The notes below the pieces were generated by a model that saw only the letters and a list, made by a program, of their open reading frames with translations, did no database searches and had not been told where the DNA came from. This document shows positions 61,278-64,000 of a stretch of DNA of 64,000 nucleotides, piece by piece; the stretch's first letter is position 1, and every line of letters starts with the position of its first letter. The DNA lies in the NCBI GenBank assembly GCA_965226555.1, contig CBDDDG010000022.1, positions 96,001 through 160,000 on the forward strand, written 5' to 3'. The translations under genes and the position numbers were made by a program. The stretch comes from Salinispira sp. (GTDB lineage: Bacteria; Spirochaetota; Spirochaetia; DSM-27196; Salinispiraceae).

Positions 61278-61561
61278 CCCGCTTACACACCAACAATGTA
61301 TATTTCCCGATTGCCGTTTTTCCTGCTGCATTAGAGAAACTCACCACGATTCGGAGTCAGCGGGTTCATAATCATGGGTGAAGTATGCCGTATTTTGAGT
61401 AATTTATTGAATGATAAAACGTAAAAAATGAAAAATGCGCAAAAATAAAAAAGTTCACATGTGGATTTGACATTCTGAATAAATGAACGATACTACATGT
61501 TATAGATGAGACTGTTGCTGTGCAACGATCTCAAAATTTCTTTCAAAAGGAGAATATAACA

Positions 61562-62627
61562 ATGAACAAACCGAATCTTTTCTCGTATGCCACAAGTGAA
61601 CTTTCGCAAGATGCTTTCATCTGCTGGCTGCTTGCATGGGCTCATCCTGAAAACAAGGAAATCAATTCCGACAGCCCCGCGCTGCATGCCTGCGCGCGTG
61701 CGTTAATTGAAGCGTTTTTTGAGAAGCACAAAAATAGGGAACACCCCCTAAATGCCGCAGACGTAGATAGTTCATACCCCAAAACATTCCCGCAGCCATT
61801 ACCAGCGTGGAAGTGGATAAGCAGCACAAAAGAATTGACGTGCTCTGTATTGTGAATGGTACTTACGCAATTATCATTGAGGATAAAATTGATACCAAAA
61901 ACCATTCAGACCAGTTAAAGCGGTATATGGATGAGATCAGCAAGAAATATTCCAAGGAAAATATTTCCCCCTCTATTTCAAAACTGTGGATCAATCCTCA
62001 TACAGCAAGGTTCGTTCGGCAGGGTATGAGCCATTTCTGCGCGCCGATTTTCTCAAAATTCTCAACGCATATGACGGGAAGAATGACATTCTGCTGGATT
62101 ATCGGCGCCATCTGCAACAAATAGAAGATGAAGTGCAATCGTACACGACTCAGGGTCTGAAGGACTGGCACCCGCTCCAATGGATGGGGTTTTATATGAG
62201 GTTGCAGGAGTTGCTGAAAGCTCCCAACGCCGGTTGGGATTATGTGCCTAATCGATCCGGAGGTTTCTGGGGCTTCTGGTGGGGATGGGTGCCTATTGAA
62301 AAGCCTACTGAAAAACAGGGGAAATGCGAACTACACATTCAATTAGAGGAAGATAAGCTCCGCTTCAAAATTTATGTAAGTGACGCTGACGCTGCGAAAA
62401 TGCGAGAACTCAGGTGGAAATGGCATCGGAAAATTATGGAAGCGGGCGGGAAAGACTTTGGACTGCAAAAACCTGCCCGATTCGGGAACGGCACATATAT
62501 GACGGTATGTGAATTTCGTGCCGATTACAGAGTTTCAGAAAATAACATAATTAACATGGACAAAACGCTTGCTCGCCTGCGCGATGCCGAAGGTATTTTG
62601 GCATCCGCCACTCAGGCGGACAACTAA
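61562..62627 (+). pseudogene. PD-(D/E)XK nuclease (PDDEXK_4-like), two frameshifts near 61800 and 61965
   Basis: NLFSYATSELSQDAFICWLL, RIDVL...IIIEDKI...HSDQLKRY, WDYVPNRSGGFWGFWW. Confidence 0.8.
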
Positions 62628-62664
62628 TTTTCGGGACTCATTCGCTTTCGTTTTTTCGCAAACG

Positions 62665-64000
62665 TTAAACGTTACGCCCCCACCGAGGGGACGAAAATCC
62701 CGAGTAGGTTATGTAGTCAAAGTCGGCGGGGTGCCTGCCCCCGGAAACATCGAAGCAGCCAATGCCGACGTACATACCGGTGAAGCCCATGGGTTTTACA
62801 TAATCATCTGAGTAAATGCTTGCATCGAAAACAGGCTCAATAGAGTTCCAGTCGTTATTTTTCTGGCTGTTTTTCCGCTCTATTCTTCTGTTCATTCTTC
62901 CGGCTATTCTTTTGGCGCCAACGCAGACGCAGTTCTCCCATTGCTGAATCCACTCCGAGTTCAACCGGACCATTTGCCAGCAGAATCTCGTTCTCCCCAA
63001 GGGGCATGCTGAGTTTTCGGAGGTCAAAGGAAATAACACCGAGGCGGCGCGTGCCGTCAATGTCGCTTATTCTGAACAGGAGTTGCGTACTTTCATCATA
63101 ACGGATAATAAGCCCTGCCATATGCTGAAAACTTTCTGGTGAAAAATCGACACAGGTTTCGGCAGACCAGTAAAAATGCTGCACTCTGCGCAGCAGAACC
63201 GATTGCCGGAACCTGCTCAGCATGGATTCAGCGCCATAGAGGCGCAGCCAGCCGCTGCGCTCGCTCAGAGAAAAATACTCATCATCGGCGGGTCCGCGAA
63301 GTGTATTGAGCTTCAGGTTCCAGCCTGGCCCGTCAAAATCCTCCATCCACAATTCCTCTGTTTTCTCGTCCCTCTCTGACTCCCCTGCGGAATTATCAGC
63401 AGAATCATCCTCGTTGTTGGGAGCGCGCAGGCTATCGGGATCGTGCAGGCTATCGGGAGCGCGTAAGCCGGAGGAGCTGAAAGAAACTTCAGTTGCGGCG
63501 CCATCGCCTTCAAGATAGGGCCAGTCGTCAGTGCTCCAGATAATTTTCTGGAGAGCGGTTTCCCGTCCGAGCGGACAACGCCATGTGTCCCACAGGGGGC
63601 GTCCGCAGAGGTGGGCAAGTATCCATTCATTGTCTTTCCAGGGAACCATGCTTGCGTGGCCTGCTTTCTGCAGGCCGGGAAAAAGGCAGGCCCGCGCCTT
63701 TAGGGGGTCATGCAGTTCATGGGCTTTCTGAAAACCAGGCAGATCGGCGACAGCCGTTAAAAGATGTGTTTTAGGGTGAAGTTCATAGGGGCCGTCAATG
63801 TTCCTGCTGCGGGCAAGGGTTACCGCGTGCGTATACGAGGTGCCGCCCTCGGCAGTCATGAGATAGTACCAATTGTTTCGCGTGTATAAATGGGGCGCTT
63901 CGGTCACTCCACGCGGAGTACCGGAAAAAATATGAGCGCTCTTTCCAATGAGCATTTTTTTGGCGGGGTCGTATTCCTGCAAAAGAATTCCGGCAAAACT
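62665..64000 (-). CDS. GH43 beta-xylosidase/arabinofuranosidase (XynB-like), 5' end outside the window, frameshift near 62880
   Basis: TEAPHLY...YYLMTAEGGT, LQKAGHAS, CPLGRETALQ, LRRVQHF; C-terminal DASIYSDDY...GFTGMYVG...ADFDY in the adjacent frame. Confidence 0.9.

Noticed and set aside
61467..61494. TTGACA-16 nt-GATACT promoter upstream of the nuclease gene
   Set aside because: Plausible, but the -10 is weak and the background is AT-rich, so there is not enough support to call it.

Overview
Bacterial chromosomal window, most likely from a spirochaete (PlzA-like PilZ protein, spirochaete-style lipoprotein and solute-binding signal peptides) and probably host-associated. In order: (1) 1-11.6 kb, a GC-rich sugar-use locus (AGE epimerase, ABC transporter, FAD oxidoreductase, DUF4127, GH38 mannosidase). 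(2) 11.9-24.7 kb, an AT-richer defence island whose core is a four-gene minus-strand operon: a 644-aa protein ending in what looks like an archaeal/eukaryotic ribosomal eL13 domain, a DEAH helicase-DUF1998 (DruE-like) gene split by an intact IS3, a DNA MTase and a PD-(D/E)XK-like nuclease. (3) 24.8-45.4 kb, housekeeping and membrane genes with many single-base frameshifts (probably consensus errors), including two paralogous sensor proteins, one fused to an MFS transporter and one to an adenylate cyclase. (4) An FN3/DUF285 surface lipoprotein. (5) A purB-[guaB remnant]-purA-[guaA remnant] operon that has lost the GMP branch. (6) An Rpn remnant, three tandem dynamin-like GTPases and a PD-(D/E)XK nuclease. 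(7) A partial GH43 gene. A family of short palindromic intergenic repeats, one copy with a compensatory stem change, is dispersed across the window. No rRNA, tRNA or CRISPR array was seen. All family assignments come from motif recognition, not database searches.
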